A stretch of DNA of 61,694 bases, counting the filler, from Rhabdomonas costata (lineage: Eukaryota): the NCBI GenBank assembly GCA_019059605.1. It is 26 parts of 26 records of this genome, joined end to end, with 100 filler letters (N's around TTAATTAATTAA, not from the genome) between each part and the next. Parts side by side here need not be neighbours in the genome. Positions count along the whole stretch, not along the records: positions 1 to 2,275 come from JAHMHO010004331.1; positions 2,376 to 4,653 come from JAHMHO010004332.1; positions 4,754 to 7,028 come from JAHMHO010004333.1; positions 7,129 to 9,405 come from JAHMHO010004334.1; positions 9,506 to 11,782 come from JAHMHO010004335.1; positions 11,883 to 14,167 come from JAHMHO010004336.1; 20 more parts are not named here. One strand, given 5' to 3'. Both the position numbers and the translations under genes were made by a program. Positions within the stretch are counted from its first letter, which is position 1; each line of letters opens with the position of its first letter. This document shows positions 1-11,972 of the stretch, piece by piece. Below the pieces are notes generated by a model. The model was not told where the DNA came from, did no database searches, and was given only the letters and a program-made list of their open reading frames with translations.

Positions 1-1399
1 GGGTTCACCACCTGCAGATCCCCAACTGAAGGGTCTATATGAAAAACCTCCGCGAAAGAGAGTCGAAGAGACCTCCAAACCAAATAGCACAGAGGAGCAA
101 GAAGTCACACGCCAAAAAAGCAAAAAGGAAGTACACTGCAAAAAGCGACAATTCAAAATTCAGCGCTCACTGTTCTCTTATTCTTACCTGCATTCATAGC
201 AGAGATGCCAACCCGACATTATCTCTAACTGTTTTCTACGGCTTCCAAAGGGGGCACCCCGTGCACTTGGCAACCGCAAAGGAAAGCATGTGTGTGAAGG
301 ATATCCATCCATTCTGTTTCCATCTTTTCGTTCTCTATTCCAACAAAGCATTTCTGAGGCGAAGGGTAAGAAAAGCTCCGCTGCAGACGAAGTTTTGCCA
401 GAACAAGTGGGGTTTTAAGGAGGCAGGAAATGATCTAGTCATCACCTCCCCACAACAACATTTCGGAAAGTTTCTCAGACAGCCCACAGTGCCCACGCAG
501 GGGTCGAGTTCCGGTTGTTAAGCAAAGCTTACCCCGTTGCAAATGGTGCTAGAACCAAAGCAGAACCCAACCCTTCATCTTCTTTGCAGGGAATTTGGGG
601 GCGGTCTCATTCAACATTGTGTCATCAGCATCGCAATCAGCATAGCACCCCATTTGTCAGAACTACAAACCTCTCCCCTCCTGGCACTGTCCCTTCCTCC
701 CAGATTCCCCGAGGTCGCGGAGCATCCGCATTTGACATGAATTCGACAAGGGCAGGGGCGCTGTCCTCCGGTACCCCGCCAGCACATCAAACTTACAGTG
801 TACAGTCAGACGTACAGATGACATGCAAGAAGCAAAGCGCATTCCGCCGCACACACTGAGACAAGCCAAACCCCCAGGACAACATCCTCGGCTCATGCCT
901 CACCAAAAACTGAAAGTCGGTAGGAGTTGACAGGAAGACAGGAAGTGGTGGAAGCAGGAGTGGACCAAAGGCGAGGCGCTGAGAACAGAGAACAGAGCAG
1001 CATCCCATGGAAGAGAAGAAAAGAAGCTGGCTTAAGCTCCCCCCACAGAGGACTCACGTTCTACCCTGTCTTGCTGCGGCCAGCAAAACTTCAGTTACCC
1101 GCCCTCTCACTCATTCTTTGTGTGTGGGTTAGGAAGGTTGCCCACTTCCAACAACATATGTGCCTTCCGCTTCCCCGCTGCCTTGTATGTATGTGCGTAA
1201 GTGTTTAAGTGTGTGTGTGTGGGGGGGGGGCAACTGCAAGAAATCCTTTTGTTGGTTGGCGGTTGGTGAGTAGCGGTACCTCCCTTTGCCGTTGGTCCCC
1301 ACATCATTGCTGCCCTTCGGCGAGGTGAGTGGGTCTGTTTGAGTCTGTCTCTTGCGTACACGTGTGGGTAAATGAGTGAGGGTGGGGGGTTTTTGGGAG

Positions 1400-1639
1400 T
1401 TACACGGCGGGAGCCAAGGTTTGGTTGCTGGGGCAGGGCAGGGTGCGGCCCGCGCTGCTGCACGCCGGGCAGGGCGGGATGCTGCTGCGCCCGCTGACCA
1501 TCCACCCCGTGCCTGTCCACGTGGTGCAGCGGTAGAACGGCGCGGAGGTGTCGGGGTTGGTGTACAGGTACTCGCAGGCGTGGCAGAAGTCCCGGCACGA
1601 GGCCTCCGCGTGGCCCATGAAAAGCACCGCGGGGACATC
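1400..1639 (-). CDS. Probable terminal exon of an unknown Cys-rich protein
   Basis: GC3-rich block after a gtcgcag acceptor, ending in TAA: DVPAVLFMGHAEASCRDFCHACEYLY...PPCPACSS. It has two CxxC motifs, but I recognise no family. Confidence 0.4.
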   Translation of the reverse strand, partial: DVPAVLFMGHAEASCRDFCHACEYLYTNPDTSAPFYRCTTWTGTGWMVSGRSSIPPCPACSSAGRTLPCPSNQTLAPAV

Positions 1640-2275
1640 CTGCGACAGCCGCCACCCACAATGAGGATGGCAGCCTAACCACCTAACCGCTAACCTCAGA
1701 TTGAGCAACCGACCGACCGAAATCTTCACGAATAAGCATCCTCATACCTTGGACCCGGGCGAATTGGAGTTGCGCGGGAAAATAATAATTAGGATTATTT
1801 TTCGTAATCGGCGATTGGTAAGTTATAGGCCTCCTTGGAGGGGGCGGGGAGGTAAAAACACGGGGACCTGCCAAGAGGAAAGAATAAGAAGCACGTCACG
1901 GCGCGAAACCATGGTTTCATGGTGCCTACACTCAGTGGGTATGCTCCCTTTTGGGGGAGGAGGGTGTTCAAGGGTTTAACGTGATTGTTATTAAACGGTG
2001 AGGAATAGAACTATGCTGGTAGGCTAGGTCACCCAAGAACCCCCTTCACTTTCGGTGCGAATGACCAAAAAATGCCCCACTCCCCTACTCCAAGGCGCCT
2101 CCGCCTCCGCCGCCCGCTCCCGCCGCGCCGCGGCCTTTGCCACTAAAACAACACTATCCCGCGTGCTAAACCCTATACCCTGGGATCCCCCGTTCCTCGC
2201 CCTTCCGGAGCTAAGCCACTGAAGGCTGCCTTCAGTGGCCCTCACCAGAAGTATGAAGGAAAGGTACACACAACC

Positions 2276-2375
2276 NNNNNNNNNNNNNNNNNNNNNNNNN
2301 NNNNNNNNNNNNNNNNNNNTTAATTAATTAANNNNNNNNNNNNNNNNNNNNNNNNNNNNNNNNNNNNNNNNNNNN
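2276..2375. other. Artificial contig-joining spacer (first of 25)
   Basis: 44 N + TTAATTAATTAA + 44 N. It recurs starting at 4654, 7029, 9406, 11783, 14168, 16548, 18927, 21304, 23681, 26057, 28433, 30809, 33185, 35558, 37948, 40324, 42700, 45076, 47452, 49820, 52196, 54571, 56946 and 59321, separating 26 contigs of near-identical length. Confidence 0.99.
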
Positions 2376-2477
2376 TTGGTTGATTGATTGAGGGGCCACA
2401 TGCAACCTCTGCACCCTCAATCAATCAATCAATGGGAATGTCAAAGGAGGGAAGGGGAACTGGAACTTGGAGCACAC

Positions 2478-4543
2478 CGGGCCTCTTCCAAAATCTTGAC
2501 GAGTGGGTCGTCGTTCTGCCGAAAGTTCTTTGTCAAGAAGACTGGTACGGGGTCTATCGAAGCCCTACAGCGAGGAAAAAACGAAAATTTCGCGCAATAT
2601 GAATGCCAAATTAGAACTAGACTTTGGCAGGCAGTCAAACATATGGACCAAAGGAGCGGTTTATGGTGTCAGCCCAGCAGAGAGGTGAAAACTATCTGGG
2701 TATATAGAGCCCGTGGAGTGCAAAGTTGGCACTGCTCACACTGACATGAGCAGGAAAGGGCAATAAAAGAGAAAAAAAATTGGGGAGGAGGAGGGGGCAG
2801 AACATGAGTGCTGTTCGCCTGCTTCCCCCGCCTCACGGACGAGCGGGAAGGGACAACCGAGGAAAATAAGAGCCGAACAAGGAAAGTGATGAATAGTGTT
2901 AAAGGAGCGGAATGCCGTGGGAACCATCGCCATTGCTCATATCGAGCGAGGACAGAAACGAATCGCACCAAGCCTGGGAATTGAAGCAGTACTGCGCTGC
3001 AGGATTCTTGGAGCCCAGCCGCACTGGGGGAAGCTGGAAAAAGTCCCCCGTGAGCAGCAACTGGATCCCGCCGAAGGGCTCGGTGGAGTTGCGTAGTGTG
3101 CGGGCGAGCAGATCCAACTTGTCCAGCAGGGGCGCGTCCACCATAGAAATCTCATCAATGATCTGTGCCAGAGTTCGTGGAGAGCAGGGTTCAGCTGATG
3201 GGAGGTCAGACTGACCGACTGACAAGTTGACGACATGAAGGCACATTACATTACAGTCAGGCTCCGCCATTTGAGTGGGCAGACGTCGCCAGTAGAAGAA
3301 GTCTGTTTCCCCATATTGTTCTTTTTTCACGCTCTTGAGCGAAACGAATGAGCAACCACTTCAGAAAAACAGCTCAAGATCCGCAGCAACTTTTGGAGTT
3401 ACCATGAAACGTAATTACACTGCAGAAGCGATCTCGAACTCAATATAAGTTTTGATTCTGACAAGCCGGTTTCCACAGGGGCACTCCACAGGCCAGGAAC
3501 TTCAAAATTCATTAAACAACAATACAAGGGTGCCTGACAATCCGAAACTATCAACAGCGAATGGCCCCAACCCACAAAGAAGGCAGCGGGAGGCGGCGAC
3601 CAGCATCTGGCAATCCTTCCACCGCTTCTTTGCCGCGCTGGGCATGGTGCCCAGCAGGGTATCCACAGAATCCTCCCCCTTGCCAATTCCGGCCCAAGCA
3701 TGGAGGGTCCATCCGCCGATGTTCCTCGCAGCAACGCCTGCACAAAAACCAGCGATTTACCCCTCTTCCATTCATTCATAGGTACAACCCGATGAAATGA
3801 GTCGACTACACAAAACGTCACCAAAGCACTCGACGGATGCTCTTCGTTCTTGCTGATTTTGGTACATTTTTTTTGCTGGGGAGCGATGCTAACCAGTCGG
3901 CGATAAATGGCGAAGGTCAGAAGTACAAAACTAGAACTTCCTTTCCTTTCCTTTTTCAGGTGCAGGATTCTTTGTGAACAGAGGCCGTGGAAGTAATCTT
4001 TGTTTGTTTAGAAATTGGTGCACCCCTGACGAAGGGTTGGGGTAGGGCGCCTTTGTCCTTGGCTGATATGCGTCAATACCCTTAGAACTGGGATACCGGA
4101 CACCTGATATAGATATAATCAGCTGGGGTTCATTAGTTCTCCGAGCTGGTCCAATAGGGTCTCTGACTTCATCAAACAATAATCCAGAGAGAGTTTATCA
4201 GGGTTTTTCGACAGCGCACGGCTAAAAAGGCGGCTTTCTGGTCTCGTCCGCCTGCTTTTTGAGTCGATGGTAATTTGCTGGCCTGCCAAAGCAAACCCAC
4301 TGGAGCCCACCCGCCACCGTGGGACGCTTCATTGTGACTTTTCTCGTTCGCTTGTTCCCTTGTTTCCAGCAAAGAGAAAGAACACACCCTTTAGTTTCCA
4401 TTGATGTTTTTATTTCAACAATAAATCGAATTGAATAGCCAAGCAGCGCATCGTTGAGCTATGCGCAGCACCTGTGGATGCGGTCAGCCCGACCGCCCTC
4501 TTGTGACACGCCGAGACGATCCGGTCCAGCAAAAAACTCTTTC
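2478..4543 (-). CDS. PIF1: PIF1-family 5'-3' DNA helicase, 4 internal exons (partial)
   Basis: Exons 4543-4472 ([10 protein letters not shown]...GLTASTG), 3737-3601 ([18 protein letters not shown]...RWKDCQML), 3162-2969 (IIDEISMV...[19 protein letters not shown]...FNSQAW) and 2564-2478 ([23 protein letters not shown]). All introns are GT-AG with consistent phases. Pif1 motifs I, Ia, II, III and IV appear in order. Confidence 0.95.
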
Positions 4544-5140
4544 CTGCGCGCGCCGTGTCCGAATTCAAAACAGAACATTTCCGAATGCTATTTTCTGGTT
4601 CTCCTATGATGAGACCGAACAAAAAGCATAAAACTCTTGGCCGAGGAACCAACNNNNNNNNNNNNNNNNNNNNNNNNNNNNNNNNNNNNNNNNNNNNTTA
4701 ATTAATTAANNNNNNNNNNNNNNNNNNNNNNNNNNNNNNNNNNNNNNNNNNNNCTGAGCGTGTCTTTAAGTTGTGGAGGAGACTGTGCCTATTCTGACTC
4801 CCAATGCATACAAGCCAGGACCACACTGCCAGCGCCGGGTCAACGTGAGTCAACAGAGGAGCGAAAAATAACAAGACAGGAAAACATCGGTGCATCCACA
4901 CAAAAACTAACCTGGCAAGCTGGCATTGACTCCAAAAGGTGTTATTCGGGAAACACAACTGCACTTCTCCATTTCATGGTGGCACAGGCAATCAACACCT
5001 CAAGGGCATCCCTTATTCTGCCATCGAGCGCTTATCAACGCCACCTGGGACAATAAAATTACCTCCTCAACCTAGCGCGGCCAACTGCCTAGCTCCACCC
5101 GTAAAAAGGCTTGAGGACGAACTCACACCCAAACTAACAC

Positions 5141-5948
5141 CTGCGAAACTGCGCGGTAGAGGGGGCGGGCTCGAGCCCCCCGAAGCGGATCCCGAACATC
5201 GCGGCCACCATCACCTCCAGAGCCGCGGTGTGAAGCTGGGAGAAGAGCTCCACACACGGCAGCACGGCAATGTTCCGGACCGATACGGCGCACTCCAGGG
5301 AGTACATTAGCTCAGGAAGGATGGTGGCAATGGCGGCGTAGTGCTCCTCTTGAATCTCACGGCTGGGATTCCATTTGGCCTGCAGGGCATCTCGAAGCCT
5401 GGACGACCAGAAGACGATGGTGGTGAGAAACAGTAAATTACCTCCTGACGCAAACGGAACGAAAAGAATTTAGCTGTGTCCCTAGGAACGAAATCCTGCA
5501 GCGTGCAAATTACGTTGGGTCGTCCATCAGCCGTATTCATTCGTATCCCCATACACATGAAAAAAGCAAACCTCTTCCAATCCATCCCGACACTTTCCGA
5601 GAGTCCCTCGACAAGGTCCATCTCCCCCTTGGCAAACTGCCAGGCCTCACTGCAGCTCGGGGCACTGGGCAGACCAGCCTCTGCTTGAAAGACCGTGGCA
5701 AACGCTTCGGGATGAAATAAGTGCACCTCCACGGGACAATTCATTAGCTGTATTCGGACGACGTCCCCATACTGGAGTTGGAGGTGCGATAAGGTGTCCT
5801 CTTGGTATTTGAAAAAGACGTTTGGGCCAGGCATCCTGGAAAGGGAGAGAGGCGGGGGGTCCGCTTCTGAAGTTGATGCCGCTCGTGCGCCGCCTCTGGG
5901 AATCAGGCGCAATAAAGCTCTCGGGGAAGCAAACGTACGCGGAAGCAT
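5141..5948 (-). CDS. Cytochrome P450, N-terminal two exons (partial)
   Basis: Exon 5948-5572 (MLPRTFASPRALLRLIPRGG...MPGP...LQLQYGDVVRIQL...VHLFHPEAFATVF...GMDWKR) spliced GT-AG to 5398-5141 (LRDALQ...ALEVMVAAMFGIRFG). This gives the PGP hinge, YGDVV, C-helix WxxxR and E-helix LE...FG motifs. The heme motif is not on this contig. Confidence 0.75.
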
Positions 5949-6555
5949 TGTGCGAAGCTGTCCCGCAAAAATGTTCCTGCAGTACAGCGAAGGATGGAAA
6001 ATGTGATCCATTCCCTTTGGCCCAAAACCGATTTCCTTCACCCTTCAAAACAGGGAGAGCCTCCAATCCGATAAACACGACGACTCGATCACGCAGAGGC
6101 ACACATGCGCGTGCAAACACATCACAAAGTATTCGAGCAGTCTGGTGGCGAAGTGAAAACTACCATACCATATTACTAAAAGCGTTTTGTTAAAAATAAA
6201 TTCACGCCTGGTCGGATTTATGTGAAGAACAAATATAATACAATACTTGCGGAGCGCCCAATCCTCACACAAAAAAGCAAGAGGAAGTGAAGTGGATAAA
6301 TATGGCCACCCGCACTGCGGTCGGTATATTTGGAGGCGTGAGCGAACTAAGGAGCTTCGAATGGATTGGAAGCACGTAGCTCACAACTTAAGGCACCAAA
6401 CGAACGAAAACATGTTCGAAAGTATTTCGAACAGCAAGAGAGGCAGTGCTGATGAGGCAACACCAACGCAGCCCCATTTATCTCCCCCCCTGCTAATGTG
6501 CGTCAAACCATAACCCTCGCAGTTGTTTTCTTTTGGCAGAAAAAAAGGTCTGCTT

Positions 6556-7013
6556 TCACTTTTCAGAAGTCGCGCCAGCCCGCTCAATCCGAAAGTGCCT
6601 TTGGTGCAGAGGGAGCAATGCTGTTAGGTTGTGTGACACAGAGATCACTCCGCTTTGGGGCAGCCCCCTTCGCAGGGTGAGGTAGAGCTGCCGCTGCTGG
6701 TCCTGCGCCACATTGGCGGTGCTCTCGTCCATGAAGATCCACTCTGGTTTGATCACAAGAAGGTGCGCAAACTCGAGCCGCTGCGACTCTCCCGAGCTAA
6801 GGCACGCCGACCAGTCTGCGCGAAGATCCAGAGCGCTTACGAAGCTCCTGGACGGCACACGGAGCAATTTACTCAGTCCAACAGTCTCAAGGGCCTCAAT
6901 TATTTGTCCATCCGAAAAGGCCGAAACTTTTTGCGGGTAGCAGACAGCCTCTCTCAAGGAAAGCCCGTCTCGCATGGGGTGTCGCTTGCTGCCAACAAAG
7001 GCCACCCGGGATT
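6556..7013 (-). CDS. ABCD/YddA-type ABC transporter, C-terminal nucleotide-binding domain exon
   Basis: SLREAVCYP...LETVGL...DWSACLSSGESQRLEFAHLLVIKPEWIFMDESTANV...VISVSH matches the ABCD signature, Walker B and H-loop. It ends in TGA. Confidence 0.85.
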
Positions 7014-7655
7014 CTGAAACAACACACCNNNNNNNNNNNNNNNNNNNNNNNNNNNNNNNNNNNNNNNNNNNNTTAATTAATTAANNNNNNNNNNNNNNNN
7101 NNNNNNNNNNNNNNNNNNNNNNNNNNNNTTTTGTTTGTTTACCTGAATTCTCTGCTGCAGTTCCCAACAACTGCGCAGTTATCTCATCGTATTTTCTCTT
7201 GACTGCTGGCCTACGGTCAGCTTCGTGTCTCCATCAAGTGCCTGTTTCGCTTGCGTCTGCCACTTTATTTAGTGGTTTACTAATCCCCTTCCCGCAGAAT
7301 GCACCTTCCGGTTTTTCTGGGTTGCGTAAGAGTGCGGCTGTCTTTCAGCTTTTTATGTACACACCCAACCGTCACATCCACCCGCGCTCACTTTCCTGCA
7401 TCCCAAACTTCGGTGTCTTCGTATCGCCCCTTCCCCCAATAAAGAAATAAAGAAATTTGGCGCTGGACACAAAACGGGGCGGGAACGGGAATGGGGAAGA
7501 GCGCGTTTTCAGCGAACGTGTGCCACCGCGCTGGCTGACTTCGTGCTCGAAGGGTGGTCGTCAGCTTATCAGGCAAGGACTGTCAGAGACCTCAGTCATC
7601 GCAGCCCCAGACCAGCAGACAGCGCGTGATGCATGGGTTCTGGGCGCGCTCACAG

Positions 7656-9400
7656 GTCAACTACCTGGAGCACTTCCTGAGATGCACGGCCAGCGGGGCT
7701 GAGGCCGTGGACGTCGAGGTCAGCCGCGCCGTGGTGCTGTTGCTGGGGCTGGCGCTACAGGACGAGGCCTTCCTAAGCTACCCTCCCTCCGTGCTGTGCG
7801 CCGCCGCGTTGCACCAGGCCCGGCTGATGGTGGCCCACCAGGGTTGCAGCGCCGACTGCAATTCCCCGCAAGGTTTTGACTTGCCTCCTTCTCATCCCTG
7901 CATTCCTATTGCCTCCCCCCCTTCCCCCCTGAAATGTGGGCTGCTGAAATCTGCTCCTCCCCGACCCAATATGCGTGAGCGGAGCTACGGTGCTTTCTTA
8001 CGCTTTGGACTGCAAGGTCGAATTGGCGTGCATTTTCTCTGCTTCAGTTTCAGTCGCGTCCCCTGGAGGCTGGGCGTTGCCTATATGTGTGCCTGGCGTT
8101 CTGTGGACGCAAGATGGGTGGACAGGTATCAAAAAATATGTTTTCAATTTCAATTTCTAACGTTTCCGGAAACCACCGCATAAGCAGTGCCCAACAAAAT
8201 TTGATTTTTCGCTGGTGTATTATGGGAAACCTGCCTAACTATCAAGTGCATTTTTGGAAACCCCCCCCCTCCCCCTTTACGGTGCTCTGTACGAACTTCT
8301 GGCTTCTCTCTTTGATCTTTCGCCCTTGCATTTGTTTTCTGGCTTTGCATTGTTGAGAGGAAAAGGAAAGGAAAAGCAAAATTTTGTCCTCGTTTGTGCT
8401 TTTTTGTGGTGGAAGTGGGAAAAAGGATGCAATTTACCAAACGGGTGTGTGGGTGTGGTGGTGGTGGTGAAGTGCAGTGAAAAGCGATGGGCGTCGCATC
8501 CGGAGAGTGAATTTTTCGATTTCGCCGTGATAGTGCCTGCTCTTGCGGTTGCTGACTTTGGGGTGTGAGTCACATAAGTGAGAGAAAAATTGAGGGACAA
8601 AGATATGAACTTGGACTTGCGTTCGAAATAAACGAGTGAGTACTGTCTTGTCGCTTTGCAAGGCATTGCAAGGCATTTGCCTTTCGCCTTTCTGGCGTAT
8701 TTCGTTGGTTTAAGGAAATTTGATTTTGCCCTTTCAGGAAACCTGGAGCCCTGGCCTGAAAAACTTGTCCAGCTCACATCCTACCTCCCCAAGGACCTCA
8801 GCGTGTGTGGTGCTCACCTCACCCGCAAGTATGAAATAATCGCATGCGTGCCAATGTGCGTGTATGGGGACGGGATGTGAGGTGGGGAGGGAGCAGTGCG
8901 TTCGCTTTCATTTTTGGAAGACCTGCTTGCTTGCTGATCCTGAGCGAGGAATCCCATTTCTTGGCTACTTCCCTAAGTGAAGACCAGGTGGAGCCAACTT
9001 CTCCCTCCCTCCCTGCGCTTTTTCTGTTGTGTTTGCATTTCGTCTCAGAGCGAAAGGGGGGCAGAACAAAACCTACATGTGAAAAACTCTGTTAGCAAAG
9101 TGTCATGTGCGGCCGGTTTCTGTCCCCGGTCGGCAAACAAGAATGGTACAAGACTCAGAGGTCCCCCATTCCGGCACTTAACCCGGCTTGCTTCTGCTAC
9201 TCACAGTCAGCGCCTTCAGCGCCTTCTCTTCTCACAGGTATCATGAGTTTGTAGCGCTGAAGAGGGCGCTGGCGGGTCCCGGAGAAGGCTCCTTGCCCTT
9301 GACCCCTGTGGAGGATCCCCGTGGGGTGCTTCCGGGCTCCCCAGGGCTCACCTCCACTCCTCCCGCGATGTGCTCCAAGCAGCAAGCTGAGCGCTCCCAC
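7656..9400 (+). CDS. Cyclin, C-terminal cyclin fold, 3 exons (partial)
   Basis: Exons 7656-7842 (NYLEHFLR...LLGLALQDEAFLSYPPSVLCAAALHQAR), 8738-8828 (LEPWPEKLVQLTSYLPKDLSVC) and 9238-contig end. Introns are GT-AG with consistent phases. FLxYxPSxxxAAA and W..L..LT.Y...DL..C are Cyclin_C hallmarks. Confidence 0.8.
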
Positions 9401-10163
9401 CCCCCNNNNNNNNNNNNNNNNNNNNNNNNNNNNNNNNNNNNNNNNNNNNTTAATTAATTAANNNNNNNNNNNNNNNNNNNNNNNNNNNNNNNNNNNNNNN
9501 NNNNNGGTTTGTGGGGAACGAACGAGGGAGCGGGCTGAGGGTGCCTGCCTTGGCCGCGCCTCGGCAGCCCAGAAGAAGCCCGTGCCGGACTACCCGATCA
9601 GTGGGCCAGCTCGGAAAGGATACTCGGGAATCGTGCACGTTTCTCATCTCAAAACTCACCGGAGAGCGCTTCTCCACTCCGTTGTCCATGCCCTGAATCC
9701 CCACCCCATTGCGCATTAACTCTTCATTTCCCAACCTTCAGATCCAACTTCATTTTTCATGTAATCTTGAAGACATCTTGAAGCATTCATGCCAATCTCC
9801 GTGGAAAAAGTCAGTTTCCGTTCATGACAACATCCATGGACACAAACAAACAGACAGTCAAAGCTCAACGTTCAAAGTCCGGCTCAGCACCGAAGAACAG
9901 TAAAGCGTGAAGATTGGAATAATGGAGAAGAGAGGAGAAAAGAGGAAGAATAGAAGTGGGGGTGCACGAAACAATGGACAAAAAAATGACTGGGGCGGAA
10001 ACCGCCCAACAGCAGTATGAGTTTTAAATGCATCATCCAACGCGCAGGAGCGAGTCCAGCTATCTTTTGTACTATTTGACTAAATAAAAGCACTTTGGTA
10101 GTCCTAACGCTGTGGGTACTGTGAAATGCTCTCAATCAATCTCAATCAGTGGGAACGTATCAC

Positions 10164-11200
10164 GCCTTCAAAAAGTGGTCGAACCACTGCTGCACCAGCG
10201 GCCACAACGAACGGTGCCACAGCTTCAGCATCTGCTCAACTTCATAGGATCCATGGATACCCAGATTCAGATCCAACCTCTTCGGACCTGCCACCACCCA
10301 CAAACCCAAACAAACAAATAATTTTATAAATAACCCAACCGACCGCCCACGCAGAAACCGATCTTGCCCGAGTGGAGACTGCTGCACTTTGGCTTGAGTC
10401 TTTTGCAACTACATCATTGAGTTCTGCAGATAACATTCCCCGTGCTAGTTCACCTTCAACAGGAGCGGCGAAAGATAGTGACAAAACCCGGATGAAAAAG
10501 AGTCATCGCTCTTGAACATGGACAGTAATCACTCTCTCGCTTGTCCAGGCTCGCCAGGGTCTTGTTTTCAACCGATAATGATTGAAATTCGAAAATCCAC
10601 CGAAAATGACGTCAGGGTCAATTTGGGCGCCTCTTGCCTGTTTTTAGCCCGTTCTTGGCACATTTTGCCAATTTGGGGGCCATTTAGGGCAAAACTCGAT
10701 CCTCCCTGCTCCCAAGTGGTCGATGTTGGATTGGAAACTATGATGGTATGTCCCTCCAGCCTTGCACTTTTTGGTCTCCAAAATTAACTAGCGGGGGAGG
10801 GCAGGCGAAAAATCCCTTGAAAAGTATGGGGAGCAATGCAGAGTGATCACGGAGAAACCCTATATCCTCTCCCCGGGAGAATGCATGTTTCCACGAAAGG
10901 TCACGTCGCTTTCTGTAAAGCTTTGGAGAGAACAAAACCCTCCCCATCCCCGGGGAATCCAGTGCCATATCCTAACGGTGCGGCGATTCACCAAAATCCG
11001 GATAATGACCCCGAGTAGTCCATGATTTGGTTGCTAAAGCGGAAAAGGGGGTGGGGACAACCCGGCAGATTCCCACATACCCGTGAGCCCCTCGTAGAAC
11101 CGCAAGGCCTGGTCGGGACGAAAGAGGCGGTCCTGGAAGTTACTCGACAGCATGACAGGAGTTTTCCGAGCATTGATCTCCTGAAGGAATCCCGCTGCAC
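10164..11200 (-). CDS. Possible exons of an unidentified gene
   Basis: Exon-like blocks with AG acceptors at about 11200-11082 (AAGFLQEINARK...QALRFYEGLT, gtatgt donor) and about 10287-10164 (PKRLDLNLGIHGSYEVEQMLKLW...). No homology recognised. Confidence 0.3.
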
Positions 11201-11972
11201 TGCGAGAACCAGATCGAAACAGAGAAGGATGCAAAGAAGGAGAAGAAAAGGATGGGGGGGGGGCGACAAGAGATGCCACTAGAAACAATCTGCCCTCGGA
11301 CTCGATGAAACACAAATGGGCAATCTTTTCTCCCAACCTTTCACATCATGACGTCCAACCCAACTCTGCAGCTCTCCCTCCACCAAAGTATGCTTGGTGG
11401 AGTAATTCAGGGGGGCCACTAGCTTCGTCTTGCTGCAGGGAAACAGCTGTTTGTGCTTCCCATAAAGAAGGGCCACCGAAAGTTCACCCTGGGTTACAGG
11501 AACCACTGAACTGCAACCATGTCTGAAGCGAGAGAGCGGCACTCAGCTTCAGGGTGCAAAAGGTTTGGTGCGGATGCTCCGGAGCAGGTGCAGACAGTGG
11601 AGGGACCTCCTGCTCAGCAGCTCTCCACCACAGAAATCACCAGAAATTTCCAGCACCTGTTCGAGTTTTGCAGTTTGCGTTATTAGCTTTGTGTCTTTTG
11701 GCACAAACAACCTGGGACCAAAGAGACCCAATCGTGCGGGGCAGGAACTGAAGGAACGCAGAACACAAATTACAAAACCCCCNNNNNNNNNNNNNNNNNN
11801 NNNNNNNNNNNNNNNNNNNNNNNNNNTTAATTAATTAANNNNNNNNNNNNNNNNNNNNNNNNNNNNNNNNNNNNNNNNNNNNTTTGTTGGTGGGATATGA
11901 AATGTCAAGCTACCAATATGCACACGATAGCTTGACATTTCATATCCTACCAACTACGGCATCGCCACACAC

